A stretch of DNA of 64,000 nucleotides from a bacterium (GTDB taxonomy: Bacteria; Zhuqueibacterota; Zhuqueibacteria; Residuimicrobiales; Krinioviventaceae): assembly GCA_963675755.2 (NCBI GenBank), contig CAXXMD010000003.1, positions 2,976,001 through 3,040,000 of the forward strand, in the 5' to 3' direction. The notes under the pieces are model-generated. The model searched no databases and was not told the origin of the DNA. It saw only the letters and a list, made by a program, of their open reading frames with translations. Both the position numbers and the translations under genes were made by a program. This document shows, one piece after another, positions 9,974-19,926 of this stretch. The first letter of the stretch is position 1. Every line of letters starts with the position of its first letter.

Positions 9974-10675
9974 ATGGAAGGCATTGAAAAAAGTGTACAT
10001 AAAATTGGTGCGTTAAAAGATATTACACTTTTGCGTGTTAAAGGGTATATTGACACAACCACATCACCTGACTTGCAAAAAGCCATTGCAGAAGAGATGA
10101 GCCGTGGCAGCAATCAGTTTATTGTTGATTTGGGTGGAGTGCACTATGTCAGCAGCGCCGGTTGGGGGGTTTTTGTTGGTGAAATACGGGGATTACGCGA
10201 GAGCGGTGGAGATTTAAAAATCACCCAGATGACTCCCGATGTATATGAAGTATTTGAAATGCTCGAGTTTAACCGCATTCTTACCAGTTATGATTCTCTG
10301 GAAGAGGCAATTGATGATTTTGATTTCTGTAGAGGTATTTCAATAAACGCTTCTTTTAATGGTGCTCAGGACCAGGCAGAAGAAGCCATGGTTGAAGAGT
10401 ATCAACCCAAGGCAGAAATGAACACCGTAAATAAAAAGGTGCCCTCGTTTGCCAAACGCCAGCAGGAAGTGAATGATGCGGAACTTCCCGTTTCTGAAAA
10501 GATTAAAAAAATCATTGTTGATGACCCTATGATTGGATTCTGGGGTATTAAAAAACAACTGTATTCAGATCGGTTTGGATTTACCAAAATTGGTGCTTTT
10601 AAACTCAAAAGTATGCTAAAACGAATGGGACTGCAAAATAAATCGAAACGTTATCGTTATTACCGTTCCAGATAA
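9974..10675 (+). CDS. STAS (anti-sigma-factor antagonist) protein with extra C-terminal HTH-like domain
   Basis: VKGYIDTTT, IVDLGGVHYVSSAGWG, GGDLKI, VYEVFEML; about 110 aa C-terminal extension ending in a basic helical domain. Confidence 0.8.
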   Translation: MEGIEKSVHKIGALKDITLLRVKGYIDTTTSPDLQKAIAEEMSRGSNQFIVDLGGVHYVSSAGWGVFVGEIRGLRESGGDLKITQMTPDVYEVFEMLEFNRILTSYDSLEEAIDDFDFCRGISINASFNGAQDQAEEAMVEEYQPKAEMNTVNKKVPSFAKRQQEVNDAELPVSEKIKKIIVDDPMIGFWGIKKQLYSDRFGFTKIGAFKLKSMLKRMGLQNKSKRYRYYRSR

Positions 10676-10703
10676 ATTTAGGTATTCAACAAATGGTGGA
10701 GAA

Positions 10704-11450
10704 ATGACAACAGTGTTAAAAAAAATTATTCCTGTTTTGTTCACGGTTTTCTTTTTGTCAACGACTTTACACGCCCAGGAAGCTGAATTAGAACCTTTTA
10801 CCGGGCCGGACACTGATACAGAAGTGCAAATTGATCCTGAAGTACGGTTTAATATTGATAATTATATTCTGGGTCCTGGTGATGCTATACATTTATATGT
10901 ATATGACCGTGGAGCGGCTCCATCAAGAGATCAGTTTATTTCAAATTTTCATGACAAGATTTTTGTTATAAACGGTTTCGGAGAAGTAGATTTTTTTACA
11001 CTGGGTAAATTAAAGATTGCAGATTTGAGCAATGCTGAAATTACTTCACTGATGAATGAAACATTAAAACCCTATGTGCATGAACCTATGATCATCGTTC
11101 GTCCGTTAATTCGTATAACAATGCGTGGTGAGTTTTCACATCCGGGTATGTATCGTTTTAGTCTGGATACAACAATTTGGGATATGATCCGTAAGACCGG
11201 TGGCCTTGTAGGTGGGCTGGATGGTGTATCAGCTCTTGAAAATATGTTCATCTTGCGTAAAGACGAAATTATTTTCAAAGATTTTATTGACGCTGTTTAC
11301 AATGGAACTTCGATATATGAATTGGGTGTACAATCAGGAGATGAAATTGTTGTTCCACGTTCTAACAGGCCAACATTTAGAAGTATGCTTCAATATTTTC
11401 AATTTGGAATGAATTTGATCGTATTGTACTTGTCACTCATCAATCAATAA
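10704..11450 (+). CDS. Polysaccharide export protein (Wza/OPX-like, Poly_export + SLBB)
   Basis: Signal peptide; YILGPGDAI, GEFSHPGMY, GDEIVVP; directly upstream of Wzc. Confidence 0.8.
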   Translation: MTTVLKKIIPVLFTVFFLSTTLHAQEAELEPFTGPDTDTEVQIDPEVRFNIDNYILGPGDAIHLYVYDRGAAPSRDQFISNFHDKIFVINGFGEVDFFTLGKLKIADLSNAEITSLMNETLKPYVHEPMIIVRPLIRITMRGEFSHPGMYRFSLDTTIWDMIRKTGGLVGGLDGVSALENMFILRKDEIIFKDFIDAVYNGTSIYELGVQSGDEIVVPRSNRPTFRSMLQYFQFGMNLIVLYLSLINQ

Positions 11451-11468
11451 TAGAATATAGAAATTATT

Positions 11469-13787
11469 ATGGAAGAATTTGATAATATACAACCGCATGT
11501 AGACCAGGAAGATGGGTCTCAAATTGATTTTCAGAAATACCTCAAAGGTATCTGGAAACGAAAAATTTTGATTATTTTATTGACTATTGCAGTTTCTATT
11601 CCTTTTTATTGGAACGCTCTGAATCAGGTCCCAATTTATAGGGCACGTGTTTTACTGCAGGTACGTGATTTAGAGATGAATGACGGTCCTTTTTGGAATG
11701 ATGAACGGTTGGGTGAAGTGAATAGCCGTGCTTTTAGAATCCGGCTGGCTTCACGTTTAGGTATGGCAATTGTTCTGGAAGACAAGTCAATAAAAAATTA
11801 TGATAAAGTTTTTAATCAATATTCAACAACCAATTCACCCCAAATGGGTAGATATGAAATTGCTATAAATGAAGCAGGTGCTTATAATCTGGTTTTTCAG
11901 GACTCTTTGGGAACCAGTATTGTGGATAGTGCAAATGTTTGGGACCTGGTAGCCGCGCCACGATCTGTGAATGGCATTACCTTTCAGTTGCAGCCCGATG
12001 TTGTTGAACTTCCAAAATCCATTCGATTCAAAGTGATCGGTATGGATATGGCAGTTCGAGATTTGGCAAGGGGACTCAAGGTAGCTACATATAAAAAAGG
12101 TACCATTATGCAGCTCCAAATGGAAGGTAGTGATCCTGAAGCATTGCCTTACAAATTGAACCGGATAGCAGCTGGATACGTGGAAGAGAGTTTACGCCTG
12201 AAATCCAGAGGTGTAAATACAAAGCAGGATGTTTATGAGAAACAGCTTGCTGCTGCCGAAGCAAAAGTGAATCAAATTGAGGCGCAATTACGAAGTTTTA
12301 CTTCCAAGTACCCCTTTTCGCTTGATCGTGAAGAACAGCGCTTATTAGACAAGCTAACCGAATACGACCGTGCTGTTGATGAATTGCCGCGTATTCGTAC
12401 CCAATTGTCTGATTATCTTGATCGTTTGAATAAATCAGACCAGGAACCAGACCCTGAGCAATATCGTCGTTTTGTTATTAATGAAATTTTAAATAATGAG
12501 ATATTTGCCAATGAAACCAAAATGGCGTTACTGCGTCAACAATTGCAAACCGAGCAAAGTCAATATGCACGTCTTCTGGATCAGTATTCTCCCAGTCACC
12601 CCGAAATTGCAGACATTAAAGAAAAAATAACTGATACTCAGGAAGAAATTATAGAATTTACTTCCAACTATCGTAATACTTTGGCAAAACGTGAATCAAG
12701 ATATAGAACAGAACGTGAAGCAATTCAGGCACAATTACAATCACTGCCGGCTGATCGTTATCGTTATATGGAGCTTGAGCGTAAAAAGAAAATCAATGAA
12801 GAACTTTATTCCTATCTGTTTCAGGAACTGCAGAAAATTGATATTTCAAACGCTGTTGAAGAAAGCGAAATTCAAATTCTTGATCCGGCTATCAAGCCCA
12901 CTAGACCTATTAATCCCAGTAAAATGTCACGCGTTTTGTTGGGTGGCGGTTTAGGTATGCTTTTGGGAATCATCTTGTCTATACTTTTAGAAGTATTGGA
13001 TAACAAGATCCGTACATTTAACGATGTGGAAAGACAACTCCGATTGCCAGTTTTGGGAGCGATACCCATTGTCAAATTTAAAGATATTGATGATTTTGAA
13101 GATTTTGAAAAGGCCAAACAAATTGACCGTCAGCTGGTGACGCACGATTATTCTCCAACACCTATTGGAGAGTCTTATCGGGCATTGCGTACCCATTTAA
13201 TGTTTTCAAAACAAACTGGCAGAATCCACACACTCTTGATTACCAGTATCAGCCCTGAAGAAGGCAAATCATTTACAGCCAGCAACCTTGCAATTATTCT
13301 GGCTCAACAGCGTACCAATACACTGTTAGTTGATGCTGATTTACGCCGAGGCGTATTGCACAATACTTTTGGAATGAACAAGGAACCTGGCTTTACAAAT
13401 TATTTGAACAATCGTGTTGCATTGTCCAGTGTTGTACAACAAACCCATGTTCCGAATCTGTCGATCATCAGTTGTGGATCCATGATCCCTAACCCTTCAG
13501 AATTGTTGGGATCACCGCAAATGAAACGCTTTCTGGATGAAGCAAGACGTAAATTTGACTTTATTTTATTTGACGCACCGCCATTAGAAGCCGCTACAGA
13601 TGGTGTTGTAATAGGCACCCAGGTAGACGCTGTTGCCGTAGTTGTTAAATCCGGCCAGACCAACCGTAAAGTGGCGCAGGAAAAACTTGAAGTCTTTAAT
13701 AATGTAAATGTGAACGTTATAGGAGTCGTGCTGAACGGAACAGAAAACGCATTGGTGAACGATACATATAGCTATTATCATTATTAA
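11469..13787 (+). CDS. wzc: Polysaccharide co-polymerase / tyrosine autokinase (Wzc family)
   Basis: Two TMs flanking coiled coils; Walker A SISPEEGKS, A' LLVDADLR, B ILFDAPP; C-terminal Tyr cluster TYSYYHY. Confidence 0.92.
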   Translation: MEEFDNIQPHVDQEDGSQIDFQKYLKGIWKRKILIILLTIAVSIPFYWNALNQVPIYRARVLLQVRDLEMNDGPFWNDERLGEVNSRAFRIRLASRLGMAIVLEDKSIKNYDKVFNQYSTTNSPQMGRYEIAINEAGAYNLVFQDSLGTSIVDSANVWDLVAAPRSVNGITFQLQPDVVELPKSIRFKVIGMDMAVRDLARGLKVATYKKGTIMQLQMEGSDPEALPYKLNRIAAGYVEESLRLKSRGVNTKQDVYEKQLAAAEAKVNQIEAQLRSFTSKYPFSLDREEQRLLDKLTEYDRAVDELPRIRTQLSDYLDRLNKSDQEPDPEQYRRFVINEILNNEIFANETKMALLRQQLQTEQSQYARLLDQYSPSHPEIADIKEKITDTQEEIIEFTSNYRNTLAKRESRYRTEREAIQAQLQSLPADRYRYMELERKKKINEELYSYLFQELQKIDISNAVEESEIQILDPAIKPTRPINPSKMSRVLLGGGLGMLLGIILSILLEVLDNKIRTFNDVERQLRLPVLGAIPIVKFKDIDDFEDFEKAKQIDRQLVTHDYSPTPIGESYRALRTHLMFSKQTGRIHTLLITSISPEEGKSFTASNLAIILAQQRTNTLLVDADLRRGVLHNTFGMNKEPGFTNYLNNRVALSSVVQQTHVPNLSIISCGSMIPNPSELLGSPQMKRFLDEARRKFDFILFDAPPLEAATDGVVIGTQVDAVAVVVKSGQTNRKVAQEKLEVFNNVNVNVIGVVLNGTENALVNDTYSYYHY

Positions 13788-13808
13788 ATTTTCAATAAAG
13801 GAACACAA

Positions 13809-14756
13809 ATGAAGGTTTTGGTTACCGGAGGGGCTGGGTTTATTGGTTCTCATCTTGTTGAAAAGTTAATTGCCAATAATCATCAAATCGTATGTCTGGA
13901 CAGTTTTAACGATTATTATGATCCTTCCATAAAACGAAATAATATAAAAACTGCTTTAGAAAGCAGCTCGTATCAGCTTGTTGAAGGTGAAATTCTTGAC
14001 AATGAGCTGTTAACCCAATTATTTAATCAGCACTCGTTCGATATAATTGTCCATCTTGCCGCACGCGCTGGTGTTCGTCCTTCAATCCAGGAGCCCTTGC
14101 TCTATGAAAGAGTAAATGTACAGGGTACCATGAATTTACTGGAACAGTGCAGAATTCACGATGTTAAAAAATTTGTTTTTGCATCATCTTCATCGGTTTA
14201 CGGTGCAAATGAAAAAGTACCTTTTTCCGAAAGCGACAGTGTAGACAATCCCGTATCTCCTTATGCTGCCACCAAAAAGGCGGGTGAGTTGGTTTGCTAT
14301 ACCTACCATCACTTGTACAATATATCTGTCAATTGTTTAAGATTCTTTACCGTTTATGGACCAAGACAACGTCCCGATATGGCTATTCACAAATTTGCAA
14401 AATTGATTCATGAGGGCAAAACCATTCCTGTTTTTGCACATGGTAAAAGCAAACGTGATTACACCTATATTCAGGATATTATTCAAGGTATAACCGGTGC
14501 CATGGAAAATTGTAATGGATACGGAATTTATAATTTAGGTGAGTCTAATACTGTTGAATTGATGTACCTGATCGAATTAATTCAGGATAATTTGGGGGTA
14601 AAAGCAAATTTAGAGTTTATGCCGGCACAGCCCGGAGACGTACCCATCACCTATGCAGATATCAGCAAGGCCAAAAGGGAATTGGATTATAAACCCAGTG
14701 TCCAGATTGAGGAGGGGATAGAGCTGTTTGTGCGGTGGTTTAAAGAGGTTTACTAG
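13809..14756 (+). CDS. NAD-dependent epimerase, UDP-glucuronate 4-epimerase-like
   Basis: TGGAGFIGS, HLAARAGVRPS, ASSSSVYG, SPYAATKK, LRFFTVYGPRQRPDMA, QPGDV. Confidence 0.88.
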   Translation: MKVLVTGGAGFIGSHLVEKLIANNHQIVCLDSFNDYYDPSIKRNNIKTALESSSYQLVEGEILDNELLTQLFNQHSFDIIVHLAARAGVRPSIQEPLLYERVNVQGTMNLLEQCRIHDVKKFVFASSSSVYGANEKVPFSESDSVDNPVSPYAATKKAGELVCYTYHHLYNISVNCLRFFTVYGPRQRPDMAIHKFAKLIHEGKTIPVFAHGKSKRDYTYIQDIIQGITGAMENCNGYGIYNLGESNTVELMYLIELIQDNLGVKANLEFMPAQPGDVPITYADISKAKRELDYKPSVQIEEGIELFVRWFKEVY

Positions 14757-14782
14757 GCATTTAATATTTTTGGGCAAGTTGT

Positions 14783-16240
14783 ATGGTCTCTGAAAAGGAA
14801 AGATTTCTCGGAAATGTAATGAAGGTCTTGGATTTTTTTGTCCTTCTTTTAGCTTTCCCCATAGCATATTTTCTGGATGAATACATCCGTGATATTGCTA
14901 ATCTGAGCATTAAAGCTTATGCGGATAGTGCTACATGGACCGGATTTTTAAATTACGCCGAGAATTATTGGATGATGTTTCTCGGCTTTCCTTTGATTTG
15001 GGTTATCATTCTATCCATTTATGGTTTATATCAAGGCTACAGGACCCGATCATTTGCAAGAATGATGGGGCTTGTCGTTATATCCGGTTTGTGGGCCACC
15101 CTGGCTTCAGGTAACTTTGTATTTTTAATGAAGCTTGAAATGACCAGTCGTCTGTTCTTTGGTGTCTATGCAATTACAGCTTATATATTGATTCTGCTTG
15201 ACAAGCTAGCTATCATAAAAATTCTTGATAATGCGCATTCCAAAGGATATAATCAGGAAAATCTGCTGATTGTAGGAACCGGACAGCGGGCATTGGAATT
15301 TATTGAAGCTGTTCAACAGCATTCCACATGGGGACTCCATATAGTCGGGCTGATTGATGATGACCATGAACTTTATGGAAAAGAAATTAATGGTTACCGT
15401 GTCATTGGCAAGATCAAAGATATTCCGTTCATTATTAATCAAATTGTTATTGACAGAGTGATCTTTGTGGTCCCCCGTCACTGGCTGCCTTTAATTGAGG
15501 AAGCAATTCTTGCCTGTGAAGAAGTAGGTATTAATACTTCGTTATCTCTGGATTTTTATAATTTAAACTTTGCCCGTACCAAGCAGTCAGACTTTAATGG
15601 ATTCCCGCTGGTAGAGTTTCAGACATTTCAGGCAAAAGAATGGCAGTTGTTTATAAAACGCATGATTGATATATTTGTATCTGCAACTGTTTTAACTATC
15701 ATGTCGCCGATTTTACTGCTCATTGCATTACTTATAAAATTGACATCACCCGGACCAGTGTTTTTCAAACAGGAGCGAAGCGGTTTAAAAGGCCGCAAGT
15801 TTACCTTGTACAAGTTCCGGTCTATGGTAGTGAATGCTGAAGAGATTAAAGAAGAACTGATGGACCAGAATGAAATGGATGGTCCGGTATTTAAAATTAA
15901 AAAAGATCCCCGAATTACCCTTGTTGGAGCATTCATTCGTAAAACCAGTCTGGATGAATATCCGCAATTGTTGAATGTTTTGAAAGGGGATATGAGTATT
16001 GTGGGGCCGCGTCCCCCAATTCCCAGTGAAGTTGATAATTACCAGATTTGGCAGCGAAGGCGTTTGAGCTTAAAACCCGGTATTACCTGTATATGGCAGG
16101 TAAGCGGTAGAAATAAACTTTCTTTTGACCAATGGATGCAAATGGATCTGGAGTATATCGATAGTTGGTCTTTACTGCTTGATATGAAAATACTATTTCG
16201 TACATTTTTTGTAGTATTGAGCGGGTATGGCGCGGAATGA
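14783..16240 (+). CDS. Priming polyprenyl-phosphate glycosylphosphotransferase (WcaJ/CpsE family)
   Basis: N-terminal TMs, Rossmann-like middle domain, KRMIDI..YKFRSM..DPRIT..RKTSLDE.PQLLNVLKGDMSIVGPRP. Confidence 0.93.
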   Translation: MVSEKERFLGNVMKVLDFFVLLLAFPIAYFLDEYIRDIANLSIKAYADSATWTGFLNYAENYWMMFLGFPLIWVIILSIYGLYQGYRTRSFARMMGLVVISGLWATLASGNFVFLMKLEMTSRLFFGVYAITAYILILLDKLAIIKILDNAHSKGYNQENLLIVGTGQRALEFIEAVQQHSTWGLHIVGLIDDDHELYGKEINGYRVIGKIKDIPFIINQIVIDRVIFVVPRHWLPLIEEAILACEEVGINTSLSLDFYNLNFARTKQSDFNGFPLVEFQTFQAKEWQLFIKRMIDIFVSATVLTIMSPILLLIALLIKLTSPGPVFFKQERSGLKGRKFTLYKFRSMVVNAEEIKEELMDQNEMDGPVFKIKKDPRITLVGAFIRKTSLDEYPQLLNVLKGDMSIVGPRPPIPSEVDNYQIWQRRRLSLKPGITCIWQVSGRNKLSFDQWMQMDLEYIDSWSLLLDMKILFRTFFVVLSGYGAE

Positions 16241-16270
16241 TCATACAGAGATTTTGAAAGTATAATACGA

Positions 16271-17488
16271 ATGACAACTCAAATTAAAGATAATAATCCC
16301 AAAAAACTCAAAATATTAATGCTGGCGCCACAACCCTGGTTCCAGCCCAGAGGCACGCCTTTTAGTGTGTTACACCGAATTAAAGCGCTTTCTACACTGG
16401 GACATGAGGTCGACCTGTTGACTTATCATATCGGTCAGGATATTCCTATAGACGGTTTGACAATTCATCGTTCCACCCGGATCCCTTTTGTAAAAAAAAT
16501 CAAGGTTGGGCCATCAAAAACCAAATTGTTTCTTGATGTGTTTATGGTGTTTCATACATTGCGTTTGTTGATCAAAAATAAATATGATCTGGTGCACACA
16601 CATGAAGAAGCCAGCTTTTGGGGCGCTCTTTTTGCAAAAATTTTCAAAGTTCCTCATTTGTACGATATGCACTCATCTTTGCCGCAACAGTTGATTAATT
16701 TTAAATTTACCAGTTTTAAACCCATTCTCAGCGTGTTTGACTGGCTGGAAAGATATACCATTCGTAATGCAAAATCAGTCATAACGATTTGTCCAGAATT
16801 GCAATATTATGTTGAAGAACATTTTCCCGAAAAGCCCAGCCTTTTGATTGAAAATGTTGCGGATAACAGTTTAGTTTTTCCTCCCGATATGCAGATCAAG
16901 GAAGAATTACGAGAAAAGTATGGATTAAAAGATAAACGCATTGTTCTTTATTATGGTACTTTTGAGCCCTATCAGGGACTTGACCTTTTTGTCAAAAGTG
17001 CAAAGCATGTTATTGATGTTATGGGAAGCGATGTCCGTTTTGTTCTGGTAGGAGGCAACGAAGAGCAAAACAAAAAGTATAAAGATCTTGCTGAAAGTTT
17101 GGGCTTGACTCCCTGGTTTGTTTTTACCGGATTTGTGCAACCCCAGGTTATACCCGCATTTGTGGATATAGCAGAAGTGCTGGTTTCACCAAGGTTAAAA
17201 GGCAACAATTCACCTTTAAAGATCTATTCTTATCTTCGTTCCGGTAAACCCATTGTAGCAACGCGGCATATAACACATACACAAATTCTCGATGATTCGG
17301 TTTCTGTGCTTACAGAAACCGATCCCGAAAGTTTTGCCAAAGGTATTGTAGATATTATGAATGATGCGGACCGCAAGGCTGCAATGGTAGAGTTGGCAAA
17401 AAAACTGGCAGATGAAAAATACAGTTACCAGGATTATTTAAGCAAAACTGATAAAGTTATAAATTTGGCCCTGAATGGCACATATTGA
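16271..17488 (+). CDS. Glycosyltransferase family 4
   Basis: GT-B fold: YYGTFEPYQG, PLKIYSYLRSGKPIVAT. Confidence 0.85.
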   Translation: MTTQIKDNNPKKLKILMLAPQPWFQPRGTPFSVLHRIKALSTLGHEVDLLTYHIGQDIPIDGLTIHRSTRIPFVKKIKVGPSKTKLFLDVFMVFHTLRLLIKNKYDLVHTHEEASFWGALFAKIFKVPHLYDMHSSLPQQLINFKFTSFKPILSVFDWLERYTIRNAKSVITICPELQYYVEEHFPEKPSLLIENVADNSLVFPPDMQIKEELREKYGLKDKRIVLYYGTFEPYQGLDLFVKSAKHVIDVMGSDVRFVLVGGNEEQNKKYKDLAESLGLTPWFVFTGFVQPQVIPAFVDIAEVLVSPRLKGNNSPLKIYSYLRSGKPIVATRHITHTQILDDSVSVLTETDPESFAKGIVDIMNDADRKAAMVELAKKLADEKYSYQDYLSKTDKVINLALNGTY

Positions 17489-17494
17489 TTTGAG

Positions 17495-18250
17495 GTGGGT
17501 TTGAGTAAATTATCAAAAAAACATTATAGCTATTCCCTATATGCAGACAAGAAATTTGCAAGTGATTATGAGCAGGATCGATTTGGTAAGGGATTTGGAA
17601 CGTTTTTAAAAAGTTATGAAATTGAATTATATACCAAGTTGCTCCCTAAATTTGACCGTATGCTGGATGTAGGCGCAGGTACGGGTAAAATTGCTGCCAA
17701 GTTTGCAAAGCGCGGGCGCGTAGTGGCAAGCGATGCATCCTTCGAGATGTTGAAAAATGCACGGGATTTAGCCAAAGAAGATCATATCTATTTTGATGTT
17801 GTTGTTTGCGATGCACACCATCTCTGTTTCAAAGATGAGGCGTTTGATGCTGTTGTCTCTTCCCGGGTTTTGATGCATGTTATCGACTGGAAACTCATGA
17901 TCAAAGAATTGTGCAGAGTGTCCTCCAATGCGGTTTGTCTTGATTTTCCCGCGTATTGGAGTTTTTCACTCTTTGAACGTATAATGAGAAAACTTGCCCG
18001 AATTCTTATTCCACGTGTTCAGAGTTACCGTGGATTTGCATCCAAGACGGTTGCGCAAGAGTTTATTGAGCTGGATTTTGACCCGACTGTTAAATTGAAA
18101 AGTTTTTTTCTACCCGTAGCTGTTTACAGGCTTGTAAATGCACCCCGAATGACATTTAAACTAGAGCGGTTCTGGGGAAAACTGGGATTCACCCGATTTT
18201 TTGGAAATCCTGTAACCTATAGATTCGATAAAAAAGTGGGGGATGCATGA
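17495..18250 (+). CDS. Class I SAM-dependent methyltransferase
   Basis: LDVGAGTG, DASFEML, DAHHLCFKDEAFDAVVSSRVLMH; GTG start. Confidence 0.85.
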   Translation: MGLSKLSKKHYSYSLYADKKFASDYEQDRFGKGFGTFLKSYEIELYTKLLPKFDRMLDVGAGTGKIAAKFAKRGRVVASDASFEMLKNARDLAKEDHIYFDVVVCDAHHLCFKDEAFDAVVSSRVLMHVIDWKLMIKELCRVSSNAVCLDFPAYWSFSLFERIMRKLARILIPRVQSYRGFASKTVAQEFIELDFDPTVKLKSFFLPVAVYRLVNAPRMTFKLERFWGKLGFTRFFGNPVTYRFDKKVGDA

Positions 18251-19911
18251 TTAAAAGAGATATAGAAGCACTGAACCAGCCCTTTGATGTGATTGTCGTT
18301 GGTGGTGGAATGTATGGTGCAGCTATGGTATGGGAAGCGGTTTCTCGCGGCTACAAGGTTGCATTGCTGGAAAAAGATGATTTTTCTTCAAATACTTCTG
18401 CTAATAGCTTGAAGATTATTCATGGTGGATTGCGATATCTACAATCCCTCGATATCAAGCGTGTTCTCGAATCTGTACGTGAACGCAAAATCATGTTAAA
18501 AATTGCTCCCCATCTTGTGCAGCCATTACAGAGTGTTATGCCTACTTATGGCTTGACCATGAAGAGCAAGCACGTTATGTGGGCAGGAATGCTTGTGAAT
18601 GATATCCTCAGTTTTAACCGTAACAGTGGTGTTGATTCTGAGCGTCACTTACCCAATTGTAAAGTAATTTCCCGGTCAGAAGCGGCAGCCATGATGCCCA
18701 AATTGACCGACGATCATTTTACCGGTGCTGCTTGCTGGTACGACGGCCAGGCATATAATACCGAAAGACTGGCACTTGCTTTTACAAGCTCTGCGGCTGA
18801 AAAAGGTGCTGTCACTGCAAATTATGTTCAGGTTACAGATTTCATTATAGAAAATGATACTATAACCGGTGTTTGTGCTATAGACCGTTTGAGCGGAATG
18901 GAGCTCAAAGTTAATGCCAAACAGGTTATTACCACAGCAGGACCCTGGACTAATACCATGAATGAATTGCTGGGTGACCGAAAACCCGCAAAATTTATCC
19001 TTTCAAAAGCTATTAATTTGATAATAAAACGCAAAATCAATTCAGATACCGCACTGGGTATTACCAGCAAGATTGTTTACGAAAAGGGTGTGAAAAAAGA
19101 ACGCAGCAAGAGGCGTCAATTGTTTATTACTCCCTGGCGGGATTATACGGTTGTAGGCACAACGCACCTGCCTTATGATGGAAAGCCTGACGAATATCGT
19201 GTTAGTGAGTCAGATATTCAGGATTTTATTGCCGAATTGAACGATATTATGCCAGAGATCAATCTTTCAAGAGATGATGTGACTTTTTTCAATGGTGGTG
19301 TATTGCCCCTTGCGGAAGAGCCGGTACCAGGTCAGGATGTGAAATTGCTGGGACATTATCGTGTTTTGGATTCTGAAAAAGAATCCGGTATAAAAGGTTT
19401 GATTAATGTTATAGGTGTTAAATATACTACCGCACGTGATGTTGCGGAAAAAGTAATGGACGAGGTCGTAGCCAAACTGGGTAAAAGCAGTAAAGCATTT
19501 TCAACACGCGAAACACCGCTATCAGGCGGAATTATTAATAATGTAAAAACATTTTTTGAACAAAAACCCGAACACGGATTGTCTGAATCTGTCTTTGAAT
19601 CCTTATTGTACAATTATGGAACGCGTTACAGCGAAATTGTTGATTTGTTAAAAAATGATGCGGATCTCGCCGAGCCGGTTGATACGGATTCACATGTTAT
19701 TAAAGCCCAGGTTATTTATGCTGTACGCAAAGAGAGTGCTCAAAAATTGTCTGATGTGGTGCTTCGCAGGACTGATCTTGGCAGCGGTGAACAGCCATCT
19801 GATAAAGCTCTAAAGACTTGTGCCGATTTAATGGCCAAAGAACTGGGCTGGGATGAAAAACGGATAGAATCTGAAATCGATGAAACCAAAGCGGTATATA
19901 TCCCCGCATAG
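18247..19911 (+). CDS. FAD-dependent glycerol-3-phosphate dehydrogenase/oxidase-like protein (GlpD/GlpA family)
   Basis: VVGGGMYG, SLKIIHGGLRYL, APHLV, AGPW, VGTT, KYTTAR, DVVLRRT. Confidence 0.82.
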   Translation: MIKRDIEALNQPFDVIVVGGGMYGAAMVWEAVSRGYKVALLEKDDFSSNTSANSLKIIHGGLRYLQSLDIKRVLESVRERKIMLKIAPHLVQPLQSVMPTYGLTMKSKHVMWAGMLVNDILSFNRNSGVDSERHLPNCKVISRSEAAAMMPKLTDDHFTGAACWYDGQAYNTERLALAFTSSAAEKGAVTANYVQVTDFIIENDTITGVCAIDRLSGMELKVNAKQVITTAGPWTNTMNELLGDRKPAKFILSKAINLIIKRKINSDTALGITSKIVYEKGVKKERSKRRQLFITPWRDYTVVGTTHLPYDGKPDEYRVSESDIQDFIAELNDIMPEINLSRDDVTFFNGGVLPLAEEPVPGQDVKLLGHYRVLDSEKESGIKGLINVIGVKYTTARDVAEKVMDEVVAKLGKSSKAFSTRETPLSGGIINNVKTFFEQKPEHGLSESVFESLLYNYGTRYSEIVDLLKNDADLAEPVDTDSHVIKAQVIYAVRKESAQKLSDVVLRRTDLGSGEQPSDKALKTCADLMAKELGWDEKRIESEIDETKAVYIPA

Positions 19912-19926
19912 ATAAAAAGGAACGAG

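Noticed and set aside
10490-10675. Transposase remnant suggested by the IS-like HTH
   Set aside because: In-frame part of an intact STAS gene; no DDE domain, inverted repeats or target duplication
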